From Bacteroidota bacterium (GTDB taxonomy: Bacteria; Bacteroidota; Ignavibacteria; UBA10030; SZUA-254), in assembly GCA_020056225.1 (NCBI GenBank), contig JAGVIE010000017.1, forward strand, positions 251 through 64,250: 64,000 nucleotides of DNA. The letters run 5' to 3'. Of this stretch, positions 41,213-51,550 are shown one piece after another (position 1 is the first letter of the stretch; each line of letters opens with the position of its first letter). The notes under the pieces are model-generated. The model was not told the DNA's origin. It ran no database searches and saw only the letters and a program-made list of their open reading frames with translations. The position numbers and the translations under genes are program-made.

Positions 41213-44200
41213 CTACTTGATGAGTGCAAATTTACCGGTCTTATTTCCAATTTGTGGAGCATCGAGCACATAAATATAAATCCCGAATGCAGCATCTAGA
41301 TTTTCCTCTGTTCTGAGGTTCCACACAACATCACCCACATAGATATCATCGTGATGCAGAGTTTTTACTAATTCTCCGCGGACAGTATAAATCGATATCT
41401 TTGACCCGGGAGGGATATACGTAAATCTGATGCTTCGTTCACCACGCCCGCTTGTTTGTGTGCTTAACAGTTTCGGTTCAGCTTGATGAGTAACGACATA
41501 CGGATTAGGTACAACTTTAATTTTATCAAGTTCCGATTTCGCTTGTCCGATGTTTATATATGCTCCGTGTGTCGTAAATTCCATTGTATCTGTGCGGCTG
41601 AATGGTTTTAAAGTCGCAATACGCAATATGCCTGCTTGCTCAAGCGGCGCATTTGCAGTGTTGTAGTAGATATTGACTCTCCATGTTCTTGTTAATATAC
41701 CCTCTATCATCTCCTTGAAATAAATACTATGCGTTGTACCTACAGTGCCGGTTTTAAAGTATACAAAACGGATATATTCGTTTGTAGATAAATTTTTAAT
41801 TTTAAAATTAACCGGTTTACTTGTTATTGTATTCGTCGGCGTTCGCGGATAGAGTGTATCAGCAATTGACCATGGAATTCCAGTCGTATCACCATAAAAT
41901 TCTAATTGATAATCATAAGGCATCTTGATGCCGTTGTAAGTTGCACCTATACCTGAACTTGCCCAAAAGAAAGGCGTAAATACATACGTCGGTGGTGTCG
42001 GCGAGGCTATTCCCTGAAAATATGAATTGAGAGTATCCCTAAGAATTGTATTATCGTTCAACATCTGCACTCTGAAGCCATGCTGAATCGGAGTATTGCC
42101 GTAGAATGTAGTATAATATTGGACCAGTGTGTCATAAGTTCCGGTATATATGTTCGTGTCACTTGTAAATGATTTACCGTTAAGTATGATCTCAACACCT
42201 TTGGGTATCGAAACAGTTTCCTCCGGGTCGACAATTATAGTTTCATTCGTAGTCGAGATGAACAGTGTATCAGGTGTTGTCTTATCTATCATTGACCAAT
42301 CTTTAGTATACCCTTGTATGGCGCTGTCGGAAAATACGATCTGATACTTGTTATTATCTCTTACCATTTTGTCATCAATAACTTCAACCCATGTCTCACC
42401 GGTTCCCCTGAACGGTTCTATCTTTGCTACATCCGAGGGTTTAGCATTCGTATACCCTATCGGTCTCTTACCCGGCGTGATATAAGCTGTATTGTCATCG
42501 GTTATGATCTGCCCGGTATTGGTTATGAAAACATATTTAGAATTTTCAGAGGGAAATATATTCAATGATTCAGCACCTGCATCGTATGAACATACAGCAT
42601 AATAATATCGTTGACCTGGGATAACTGTTGTATCAACAAATTTGGTTACAATCCCGCTATCATTTCCTAAGTAGAATGTAGTTCCTCCTACCTTTTCCAA
42701 CAAATCTCCGGAAGGATGGAAAAATCCCTTGACATTATTTGTTAGATCGAATTGCGCTATCGGTTTATCGAATGCAAGAACACCCAATGCGTCTGTTATT
42801 TCACGCGAATCCTGGAAACCTGCGTCTGTAGCACGGTATATTTTGTAACCTTCAAAATCTTTTTTCTTCGTGATAAAATCACGGGAATTTTCAGTCAGCG
42901 CGCCATTCCAATAAATAACTACATTTCCGTTATCTTCGGTGATATTTATTTTTGGCTTTCTTGGTGGTTGAGGAAATTTATACCCTGCATTATAAATTTG
43001 CTGGACAATCTTTTTATTTCGAACGACGTCTTCATATGTTTCTCCGAATAAAAGCGCGACCGAGAACCTCTCTATTTGTTCAGGTCTCATTGGAAAATAT
43101 CCCGATGAATAAATGAAGTCGCCGTCCTGCGGCTGTGACGGTACGATATCAAACCTGCCGGGTGTCATTCGTGACCACAAGAGCGCGTCGTCACTCATGT
43201 CAGGAGAAGCGCTGATATTGAAAAAATTAAAACTCGTCAGACCTATCTGATCAGATTCGTCAGGATCGGTTTTACCGAAATTGGGTTCACCCTGATCGGG
43301 CATTCCGTTTCCTTCTGTTCCGTCAATATCGGGAGAGATATAACCGTCATCATTTGAACCGATTCCGTCGGAACCGACATCATCATATGTCGCATCCCAA
43401 TCACCATCCTCATCGCCTGACCAGTGCATCAAGTATAATACTGTACCTTCTGGTTTTTTTACCCAGCTCGATATCATCGTTCCGGCTTCATTATCTCTCT
43501 TCTCATCAATCAAAGGATCGCTCACGCCGGCGCCAGTCACATAATTTTTATATTTGAGTATCGGAAAACCTCTTCGTTGTCTCGTTTCATAATGAACTGC
43601 CTGGTTTTCATCAATTAATCCATCAAGGTCATTATCTATACCGTCATATGCTGAAGCATGAGGCACTGATACTCCATTAACAATCTGCGCAATATGTCCT
43701 TCTCGAAATTTAGTGACCCCAGCAACGATGATGAATCGAACGCCCAATGAATACACCGTATCGATAGGTCCATGTGTAGTATATATAGATCTATCGTATG
43801 TTACCGGATCTATCAAAACAATTTTTTTACCAACTGGATAAGAAACTGAATCAAAATCGGCTGAAGTAAAAACGGGAGAATTTGGATCGGGTGAGTCTCC
43901 ATCATTATCGATTCCATCATAAGGATTTCCCGGAGATTCAAGAAATGCATAAGCAACATATCCAACCTTCTGACCTTTATTACCTTTGTTGTCGTTATCC
44001 CAGGAATAAGTTATGTTATCGTTTATATCGAAAGTTCCAAGATCATCCCCGCTATCTCCGTCACCGCCTGCCAGTGTTCCGACAACTGTTCCAAAAACAG
44101 ATTTCCTATAAGTCTTTTTTCCTTCGTTCTTGATATCATATAACCAGAAGATGGCATCTTCAGCAAGGAAGCTCGACCACTGTAAGCCTCGTGCAGTCAG

Positions 44201-44827
44201 CGTTAATCCCATTCCGTGACGAGTGCTGTCAGTGCTATCCGGTTTGAAATATCCGTTGAACTCATCGTCCCATTGATCATCGGAAATGAAATAACTTTCT
44301 TGATCTGCGTTAACGATCCCTCTTCCAAAATAACCATTCCATTGTGTATAGCCCTCCTGATCAATCCAATTAGGATGATCAGCCCAGCCATTAAGGGGCC
44401 AGGATGAAGGTAAATGACTCATCGCAATCGAAGAGTAACTCGGATTACGATATCCGGGGCGCGGATTCCAGCCCCAAAAATATCCTGCAGAAGGATGATG
44501 CTCGTTCGCTTGTCCGTTTCTTGGACCGCGAGATATACAAACTGAGTGCCCGGTATCATTCCGGGAATTTATGAATTCAACACCGATCATCGGGATCAAA
44601 TCACCGATATAATTAAAGCCGGAACCAAGGGGCCATTCACCGCGAATATCTGTGCCGGTGTTGAATCCTGCTACCTGACCGTCGTCATAAAATGAAATAC
44701 CAACTCTATTTCCGGTATGGAAACCGATTGTTCGTGGATAGCGTATTGGATCGGATCGTTGTCCCCATGTATCTGTAACGGCAATGAGGAATCCAAGAGC
44801 GAAGAAAATAATTGTAAACCTTTTCAT
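41213..44827 (-). CDS. Large secreted surface protein with Asp-rich Ca-binding-like inserts, FN3 domain and variant T9SS-like CTD (paralog of 18707..20854)
   Basis: GEWPLGSG; YDGIDNDGD / YDGIDNDLDGLIDE; QPP.KP...WN...DFEGYKIYRA; IKVVPNPY...IRFTYIP...ISIYTVRGELV...WNL...AFGIY...GKFALIK. Confidence 0.8.
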   Translation of the reverse strand: MKRFTIIFFALGFLIAVTDTWGQRSDPIRYPRTIGFHTGNRVGISFYDDGQVAGFNTGTDIRGEWPLGSGFNYIGDLIPMIGVEFINSRNDTGHSVCISRGPRNGQANEHHPSAGYFWGWNPRPGYRNPSYSSIAMSHLPSSWPLNGWADHPNWIDQEGYTQWNGYFGRGIVNADQESYFISDDQWDDEFNGYFKPDSTDSTRHGMGLTLTARGLQWSSFLAEDAIFWLYDIKNEGKKTYRKSVFGTVVGTLAGGDGDSGDDLGTFDINDNITYSWDNDNKGNKGQKVGYVAYAFLESPGNPYDGIDNDGDSPDPNSPVFTSADFDSVSYPVGKKIVLIDPVTYDRSIYTTHGPIDTVYSLGVRFIIVAGVTKFREGHIAQIVNGVSVPHASAYDGIDNDLDGLIDENQAVHYETRQRRGFPILKYKNYVTGAGVSDPLIDEKRDNEAGTMISSWVKKPEGTVLYLMHWSGDEDGDWDATYDDVGSDGIGSNDDGYISPDIDGTEGNGMPDQGEPNFGKTDPDESDQIGLTSFNFFNISASPDMSDDALLWSRMTPGRFDIVPSQPQDGDFIYSSGYFPMRPEQIERFSVALLFGETYEDVVRNKKIVQQIYNAGYKFPQPPRKPKINITEDNGNVVIYWNGALTENSRDFITKKKDFEGYKIYRATDAGFQDSREITDALGVLAFDKPIAQFDLTNNVKGFFHPSGDLLEKVGGTTFYLGNDSGIVTKFVDTTVIPGQRYYYAVCSYDAGAESLNIFPSENSKYVFITNTGQIITDDNTAYITPGKRPIGYTNAKPSDVAKIEPFRGTGETWVEVIDDKMVRDNNKYQIVFSDSAIQGYTKDWSMIDKTTPDTLFISTTNETIIVDPEETVSIPKGVEIILNGKSFTSDTNIYTGTYDTLVQYYTTFYGNTPIQHGFRVQMLNDNTILRDTLNSYFQGIASPTPPTYVFTPFFWASSGIGATYNGIKMPYDYQLEFYGDTTGIPWSIADTLYPRTPTNTITSKPVNFKIKNLSTNEYIRFVYFKTGTVGTTHSIYFKEMIEGILTRTWRVNIYYNTANAPLEQAGILRIATLKPFSRTDTMEFTTHGAYINIGQAKSELDKIKVVPNPYVVTHQAEPKLLSTQTSGRGERSIRFTYIPPGSKISIYTVRGELVKTLHHDDIYVGDVVWNLRTEENLDAAFGIYIYVLDAPQIGNKTGKFALIK

Positions 44828-44844
44828 TTCAATTTTACCGATAA

Positions 44845-47595
44845 TTAAAAACTAATTGATGTACCTAATTCAATCCTTCTCGGTTCGGAAAAGAAGCCGG
44901 GATTGATATATAGATCATCGAGCGTATTGTAATATAATTTTGGATTGATTTTTTCTGCATCCAATTTATCGAATGTAAATTTCGAGTCGCCGGAATTCGC
45001 ATAAACAGTTCTTGGATTCTCAAGATCAAGTAGATTAAATACTCTTAAGAACAATGAAAGAGTTACGTTTCCGATAGTAATATTTTTATTTGCTTTTAAA
45101 TCGATGTTAAAAATTGACGGACGGAAAGCGCTGTTTCTCGGATATGAATTTTGCTTCACAGCGCTATTCTTGTTGACAGCCGGTGTATATGGTTGACCCG
45201 AATAATAATTGGCTATCATGGAACAGCCATAATCTTTCGACTTCGTGTACGCGAGTACAAGATTGATGGAGTGCCTCTGGTCCCAGTCAAGTGGCGCTAT
45301 GTATGTTTCGGGCGTCGCTCCTCCGAGTACAGCGTTACGTGCATCAGTAGGATTGGAAGCGTTTCCTTGAGTTATAGAGAATGTATAATCAATGCTTGCC
45401 GCCAAACCGCCGGAAAAACGTTTATCTAACTTAAGAACAATTCCTTTCGAGGAACCGAAATCGGAATTTGAATATTGACTGTAACTCTTAGATTTTGTAA
45501 AAACAAGTATATCCTGCGTCTGTGTTCCTGTTAGGTCTCTGAAATCTTCAAAGAACATAGTCACATCGGCTCCAATATCATCGCTGATCTGTTGCTTTAA
45601 ACCGATTTCACCTTTAACAGTTTTCTGAGGTTGTAAGTCTGCGTTACCTACAAGACCTTGATTGCCGGAGCCGTCTCCCAACTTGAAGTTTGGATTCGTG
45701 TACAATAATTCGTAACTCGGCAATTGGAAAAAATGTCCATACGAAAAATGAATAACGCCTGTGGTACTGATCGGGAATGCCAACCCTACCCTTGGACTTA
45801 ACTTACTTTTTATTGATGCTTTTTTATACCAATATGTTTGCCTCACCTCAAGTGTATCCTGATGAAGTGGATTTAAAGGAGTGCGAATGTCAGGATCACT
45901 CGGATCGCGGAGAATTCTACCGTCCGGATTGAATATATCATACCTCAAACCAAAATTGAATATGATATAATCCGATTCAAATTTCGATTGCCAGTAAACA
46001 GACGCCTCGTATGGTTTCCTCAGATATATGTCGTTATCTTGTGATGATAAAGGTGGAATTTCAACGTCATATGGACTTGTTTTTCCCCCCTGGGCATCCA
46101 GTTTCGGAATCAAATTAATATTATGATAAAAAACCCGGTGCTGTTTGAATTCACCGCCGCTTTGAAATGATAATCTTTCAGAAAGCTGCGACGTCCAATC
46201 TAATTTAGCCGCATAGGTTCCTGTACTCCTGGAGAATATATTCGTATTTGTTCCACCTATTGCAAAACTATACGGTGGGTTTTGTGCGAGCGAGTTATCT
46301 ACATAAAATGACGGCTGTGTCGGATCACCGGTATAAATATTCTCTAATAGATAATGATGATACTCTTTAAATAGGTATGAAAAACTCAGATTATAAAAAC
46401 TGTAAGATGAAACGGCATGATTGATACTTAAAATGTTAGAATGTGTTCTTCGAAATCGATGAAGATTATTATCGGGAGTTAACCGCTGACTATGATCATA
46501 ATCCTGATATTTTTGATCGTCTAAGATGTAATTATAAGCGATCTTCAGGTTAGATAATAATCGATAGCTCAGTTTACCTTGTGCAAACATCCTTTCGTTT
46601 GAATTCATAGGAACAAATCCGCTGTCGCCGTTCTGAGTGATTATATAATTTGCTCCTCCTGAACTTGTTTCCTGCCTCGATAAATCAGAAGTTAAAAATA
46701 CACGCCGCCCATATAGATGACCTGTGTTGTAAAAATATCTACCGTTCGCGAAGAACGACAATTTATCCTGAATGATAGGTCCGCTTAAACTTCCTTCAAA
46801 ACTTCTAATTGAGAATGGCTTTACTTTTGAAAGGTTCCAGTAAATATTATCTTTGTTGGCAATATAACTTCCTGAATATGTTGTAAAGTTTCCCGATAGC
46901 GCATTACCTCCGTCTCGCGTAACAATGTTGACAAGACCCGACATAGCCTGCCCATATTCAGCATTGAACGCGCCGCTTACAACTTGCAATTCCTGAATAA
47001 CATTTGCTCCAACATCCACAGTGTTGCTGTTGTCATAAGCATCGGTAACGGAAACTCCATCAATCTGATATGCTATCTGCCCCGCTCGCCCGCCTCTCAG
47101 GTGTAATTGACCATCTGATGATACTGCGATTCCGGCTTGCAATCTTATCAGATCGCGAACTTCAGTCACTGCAAGCTCCGAAATTAATTCTTTACCAACA
47201 ATAGCAGTCGATGCCGTTAGGTCCCGCTGAATCACAGGCCTCTCAGCGGTAATCACAACCTCCTTTTGTTCCACCATTGTTTCTGTTAATACAAAGTCCT
47301 GTCGGGTAGTTAAATCTATTGATACTTTTACTCCGTCTACAATGATTGGATTGTATCCGAGTAAAGATGCTCTTATTGTGTAGTTACCCGGTGATAGATT
47401 CAGGATTGAATATTCACCATCAAGATTTGTTGCCGCTCCTAATGTCGTACCGGGAATGGTAATGTTAACTCCGACTAATGGCTCCTTAGTTATAACATCA
47501 ATAACTTTGCCAGCTATTTTACCGGTATTACCTGCGTAGATAGTTGTTAGAAAGAAAAGAGAAAGAAGAAAGAAAATTAATATCCGTTTATTCAT
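44845..47595 (-). CDS. TonB-dependent receptor (non-SusC type) (copy 2)
   Basis: TGKIAGKV.D...EPL.GVNI, LHLRGGR...YQIDG, GAFNAEYGQAMSG.VNIVT, SPR.G.AFP, terminal F. Confidence 0.92.
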   Translation of the reverse strand: MNKRILIFFLLSLFFLTTIYAGNTGKIAGKVIDVITKEPLVGVNITIPGTTLGAATNLDGEYSILNLSPGNYTIRASLLGYNPIIVDGVKVSIDLTTRQDFVLTETMVEQKEVVITAERPVIQRDLTASTAIVGKELISELAVTEVRDLIRLQAGIAVSSDGQLHLRGGRAGQIAYQIDGVSVTDAYDNSNTVDVGANVIQELQVVSGAFNAEYGQAMSGLVNIVTRDGGNALSGNFTTYSGSYIANKDNIYWNLSKVKPFSIRSFEGSLSGPIIQDKLSFFANGRYFYNTGHLYGRRVFLTSDLSRQETSSGGANYIITQNGDSGFVPMNSNERMFAQGKLSYRLLSNLKIAYNYILDDQKYQDYDHSQRLTPDNNLHRFRRTHSNILSINHAVSSYSFYNLSFSYLFKEYHHYLLENIYTGDPTQPSFYVDNSLAQNPPYSFAIGGTNTNIFSRSTGTYAAKLDWTSQLSERLSFQSGGEFKQHRVFYHNINLIPKLDAQGGKTSPYDVEIPPLSSQDNDIYLRKPYEASVYWQSKFESDYIIFNFGLRYDIFNPDGRILRDPSDPDIRTPLNPLHQDTLEVRQTYWYKKASIKSKLSPRVGLAFPISTTGVIHFSYGHFFQLPSYELLYTNPNFKLGDGSGNQGLVGNADLQPQKTVKGEIGLKQQISDDIGADVTMFFEDFRDLTGTQTQDILVFTKSKSYSQYSNSDFGSSKGIVLKLDKRFSGGLAASIDYTFSITQGNASNPTDARNAVLGGATPETYIAPLDWDQRHSINLVLAYTKSKDYGCSMIANYYSGQPYTPAVNKNSAVKQNSYPRNSAFRPSIFNIDLKANKNITIGNVTLSLFLRVFNLLDLENPRTVYANSGDSKFTFDKLDAEKINPKLYYNTLDDLYINPGFFSEPRRIELGTSISF

Positions 47596-47758
47596 ACCTC
47601 ACACACCTGATATTATTGTGAGAATAAGTCTTTACACCCATAAGTGCCTTCCGGAAATAGTCTTTGGATTTTGAATATTATTCAATTGCAATCGCTCTAT
47701 TTATTAAAAACTCCGATAAATGAAAATATCGCTAATACGATACGGGTTTTAATGATGA

Positions 47759-47787
47759 ATATTAGCCATTTTTTTTAGAAAAGTCAA
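47759..47787 (-). promoter_or_regulatory. Promoter for the TBDR2 operon
   Basis: Minus strand TTGACT-17 bp-TAATAT. Confidence 0.6.
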
Positions 47788-47862
47788 GAAATTAACATTT
47801 ACTATTTCTATTTATTCTTTATCCAGAATGCTCTTCAGAAGTAACCGAATTTCAAGCATAAC

Positions 47863-47891
47863 TTGAGTTTAGTAATTTGAGTGATTATATT
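47863..47891 (+). promoter_or_regulatory. Promoter for malK-GH31
   Basis: TTGAGT-17 bp-TATATT. Confidence 0.6.
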
Positions 47892-47933
47892 TAGCACACA
47901 ATCTTCAATTACAATTTGGAATAGTGAAAAACA

Positions 47934-49031
47934 ATGGGCAGTGTCCGATTAGAACATGTATTCAAAAAATACGATAGCAATATCGTTGTTAATGATGTGA
48001 ACCTGAATATCAATGATAAGGAGTTCGTGGTACTCGTCGGTCCTTCGGGCTGTGGAAAATCTACGACTCTCCGTATGATTGCAGGACTGGAAGATATTTC
48101 ACAAGGAACGATCTTCATCGATGATTCAGCGGTTAACGATGTACCTCCGAAGGATAGAGATATCGCAATGGTATTTCAAAATTATGCTCTATACCCGCAT
48201 ATGTCTGTCTATGAGAATCTTGCCTTCGGACTGAAGATGAGGAAATATTCGAAAGATGAAATTCAGGAACGCGTTCAGCAGGCATCTGTAATATTAGGGA
48301 TAAAGGAAATGCTTGAGCGAAAACCTAAAGCATTATCCGGGGGACAGCGGCAGCGTGTGGCATTAGGCAGAGCTATTGTCCGCAAGCCGAAAGTTTTCTT
48401 ATTCGATGAACCGTTAAGCAATCTCGACGCAAACCTTCGAGTTCAGATGAGGACGGAAATATCGCGCCTTCATAAACAAATCGAAACTACAATGATATAT
48501 GTTACTCATGATCAGATCGAAGCTATGTCGATGGGTGATCGCATTGTTGTTATGCACAAAGGTATCGTTCAGCAGGTCGATACTCCTCTGACAATCTACA
48601 ATAATCCCGTGAACAAGTTTGTGGCAGGTTTTATCGGCAGTCCAACGATGAATTTCTTCGATGGCAAATTACTTCTGCAAGACAGTTTGGCGTTTGAGGC
48701 ATCCACGAAATATTTTTCGCTTCCTATTCGATCTGAAATTGTCCAGCGCTTTATGCCAATAGTAAATTCTGAAGTCTCTCTTGGAATCAGACCCGAGCAT
48801 ATAAGCGCTAAACCTCAAAATTCACACTCACAAATAGTTAATGTTAATGTCGTTGTAACAGAACCGGTAGGGAATGAAATCTTTATTTATTTCACGATAG
48901 GCCAAGCCGTCGAGCAATATGTCTGCCGCATCCCCTCAGACATGCAACCGCAGACGGGTAGAGCATTCGATTTATATTTTGATGTATCAAAGCTGCATTT
49001 CTTTGATAAGACAACCGGTGCTGCATTGTAA
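47934..49031 (+). CDS. malK: Sugar ABC transporter ATP-binding protein (MalK/MsmX/UgpC family)
   Basis: GPSGCGKSTTLR, VFQNYALYPH, LSGGQRQR, FDEPLSNLDA, YVTHDQ, FIGSP. Confidence 0.93.
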   Translation: MGSVRLEHVFKKYDSNIVVNDVNLNINDKEFVVLVGPSGCGKSTTLRMIAGLEDISQGTIFIDDSAVNDVPPKDRDIAMVFQNYALYPHMSVYENLAFGLKMRKYSKDEIQERVQQASVILGIKEMLERKPKALSGGQRQRVALGRAIVRKPKVFLFDEPLSNLDANLRVQMRTEISRLHKQIETTMIYVTHDQIEAMSMGDRIVVMHKGIVQQVDTPLTIYNNPVNKFVAGFIGSPTMNFFDGKLLLQDSLAFEASTKYFSLPIRSEIVQRFMPIVNSEVSLGIRPEHISAKPQNSHSQIVNVNVVVTEPVGNEIFIYFTIGQAVEQYVCRIPSDMQPQTGRAFDLYFDVSKLHFFDKTTGAAL

Positions 49032-49061
49032 TTCTCGATAATAACATAATCAGGGATATCT

Positions 49062-51500
49062 ATGAAATTGAAACCATTTCTTTCCTTTGCTTTCTTATTA
49101 CTAATATTATTTGATGCCTCGATTGCACAATGGAGTTCAATAGGTAATATTGAAGGTTTGAAAAAAAACAATCATGGCATCACTTTATCGGTGAAACCTG
49201 CAATTATTGAGATAAGCATACTTGCACCTGATGTTTTCCGAATAAGGATGTCTAAAGACGGTTACTTCCTCCCCGATTCTTCCTGGGCAGTTATTGAGAA
49301 AACATTAGGCGATCAAACTTTCAATGTGCATGAAACCGCTAAAGCGGTTTTCATTGTTACTGCAAAATTGACGTTGAAAATCAAACGCTCTCCTTGCCGT
49401 TTTGAATTCTACGATATGCAGGGTAGTCTCATCAACCAGGATGACCCCTCAAAGGGAATGGCGTGGTCAGGAAATGAAATCTGTGTTTGGAAAACTATGC
49501 CTGCTGATGAATATTATTTCGGATTGGGCGAGAAAGCGGGTGCGCTTCAAAAAAAAGGTAAATCGTACTCTATGTGGAATACCGATATACCTGCTTACAA
49601 AGCCGATACCGATCCGCTCTATCAAACTATACCCTTCTTTTACGGAATCAATAAGGGAAGAACATACGGAATCTTCTTCGATAATACTTATTACTCTTAT
49701 TTCAACATGGGGAAAGAAAATCCCGGACAGTATTCTTTCGGTGCGCTTGACGGTGAATTGAATTATTATTTCATCTATGGACCAAAGCCGAACGAGGTAC
49801 AGGAGAAATTCTCGAAACTTATCGGAACTATGCCGATTCCTCCAAAATGGGCAATCGGTTATCAGCAATGCCGATGGAGTTATTTTCCGGAATCGAAGAT
49901 ACGGGAGATCGCAACTAATTTTCGCACCAAACAAATTCCCTGTGATGCGATCTATCTTGATATTCATTACATGGATGGATATCGCTGCTTCACATGGGAT
50001 AATGAAAGATTTCCAGATCCAAAAAGAATGGTGAGCGATTTAGCAGAAGATGGATTCAAGATGGTTGTAATCATCGATCCAGGCATAAAGAATGATTCAA
50101 CCTACCGTGTTTATCGTGAAGGGATCGATGGCAATCATTTCGTCAAATATCCTGATGGAAAATATTTTACAGGCACTGTTTGGCCTGGTGAATGTGTCTT
50201 CCCTGATTTCACGGGCAAGGCAACGCGCGAATGGTGGGGATCGCTTTACAAAGACTTAATCGATATTGGAGTTAAGGGATTCTGGAATGATATGAATGAA
50301 CCTTCGGTGTTTAACGGTCCGAACAAAACTTTCATGTTAGATGTTATTCATGATGATAATGGGTTGCGTACAGACCATCGAAAGAATCATAACATCTATG
50401 GAATGCAGATGGCAAGAGGAACGTATGAAGGACTGCATAAACTTCAACCGAATGAACGTCCGTTCGTATTAACACGCGCTAATTATGCCGGCGGTAACCG
50501 TTACGCCGCCGCATGGACCGGCGATAATATCAGTTCATGGGAACATTTAGAAATGGCTGTTCCAATGTGTTTGAATCTGAGTATATCGGGTCAACTGTTT
50601 GTTGGAACTGACATAGGCGGTTTCGTTGGCAGCCCAAGCGGTGAATTATACACACGCTGGCTACAATTCGGGATATTTTCACCGTTAATGCGAACTCATA
50701 CAGAAATCAACAGCAATAATCAGGAACCGTGGTCGTTTGGAGCAGAATACGAAGCAATCAACAAAAAATCTATAGAACTTCGTTACAAGCTACTGCCCTA
50801 TATTTACACGCAATTTTATCAATCATCGAAATCAGGAAACCCGATTATACGTCCGATATTTTTTGATTTCCCAAACGATCAGGAGACTTATTGGAACGAC
50901 AAGGAATTTCTTTTCGGCGACGCTTTTCTTGTAGCGCCTGTTCTTTGGGAAGGTCAGACAAAAAGGGACATCCGATTCCCCGCAGGCGATTGGTACGATT
51001 ACTGGACTGGTGATAAATTTACCGGACCTAATTATCTTCGTTTCGATGCCCCTATCGATCGCGTCCCTCTGTTTGTTAAAGCAGGCTCGATTATTACTAC
51101 TCAACAGGTTGTGCAATACACCGATATGGCGCCGATTGATCCGCTAACTCTTGATATCTATCCATCGGCAGATACAAATGCTTCGGCTATTTTATATGAA
51201 GATGATGGAAAATCTTATGAGTATCTGAATGGAAACTTTTTTTTACGATCAATCAGACTGATGAATACTTCCGCTGGATATAAAATTGTTTTAGAAAAAC
51301 CTGAAGGCAACTACCATCCACCCAACCGGTCAGTGATTGTCAAGTTGCATGATATAACATCTCAACCGTCTTATGTACGAATCGATGAGTTGAATATAAA
51401 TAATGATGATGCAGGATGGATTTATGATCGTATGAATAAAATCCTTGCTGTAAGATTAGATGACAAATTCAGAGAGCAAATTGTAATCGTTGGTAAATAA
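49062..51500 (+). CDS. GH31 alpha-glucosidase with signal peptide
   Basis: GLGEK, GYQQCRWSY, LDIHYMD, WNDMNEPSVF nucleophile motif, WTGDN, GTDIGGF. Confidence 0.93.
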   Translation: MKLKPFLSFAFLLLILFDASIAQWSSIGNIEGLKKNNHGITLSVKPAIIEISILAPDVFRIRMSKDGYFLPDSSWAVIEKTLGDQTFNVHETAKAVFIVTAKLTLKIKRSPCRFEFYDMQGSLINQDDPSKGMAWSGNEICVWKTMPADEYYFGLGEKAGALQKKGKSYSMWNTDIPAYKADTDPLYQTIPFFYGINKGRTYGIFFDNTYYSYFNMGKENPGQYSFGALDGELNYYFIYGPKPNEVQEKFSKLIGTMPIPPKWAIGYQQCRWSYFPESKIREIATNFRTKQIPCDAIYLDIHYMDGYRCFTWDNERFPDPKRMVSDLAEDGFKMVVIIDPGIKNDSTYRVYREGIDGNHFVKYPDGKYFTGTVWPGECVFPDFTGKATREWWGSLYKDLIDIGVKGFWNDMNEPSVFNGPNKTFMLDVIHDDNGLRTDHRKNHNIYGMQMARGTYEGLHKLQPNERPFVLTRANYAGGNRYAAAWTGDNISSWEHLEMAVPMCLNLSISGQLFVGTDIGGFVGSPSGELYTRWLQFGIFSPLMRTHTEINSNNQEPWSFGAEYEAINKKSIELRYKLLPYIYTQFYQSSKSGNPIIRPIFFDFPNDQETYWNDKEFLFGDAFLVAPVLWEGQTKRDIRFPAGDWYDYWTGDKFTGPNYLRFDAPIDRVPLFVKAGSIITTQQVVQYTDMAPIDPLTLDIYPSADTNASAILYEDDGKSYEYLNGNFFLRSIRLMNTSAGYKIVLEKPEGNYHPPNRSVIVKLHDITSQPSYVRIDELNINNDDAGWIYDRMNKILAVRLDDKFREQIVIVGK

Positions 51501-51550
51501 AACTTAACAGCGATTTGCACAAATACTAAAACGCAGTACCTCCGATAATA

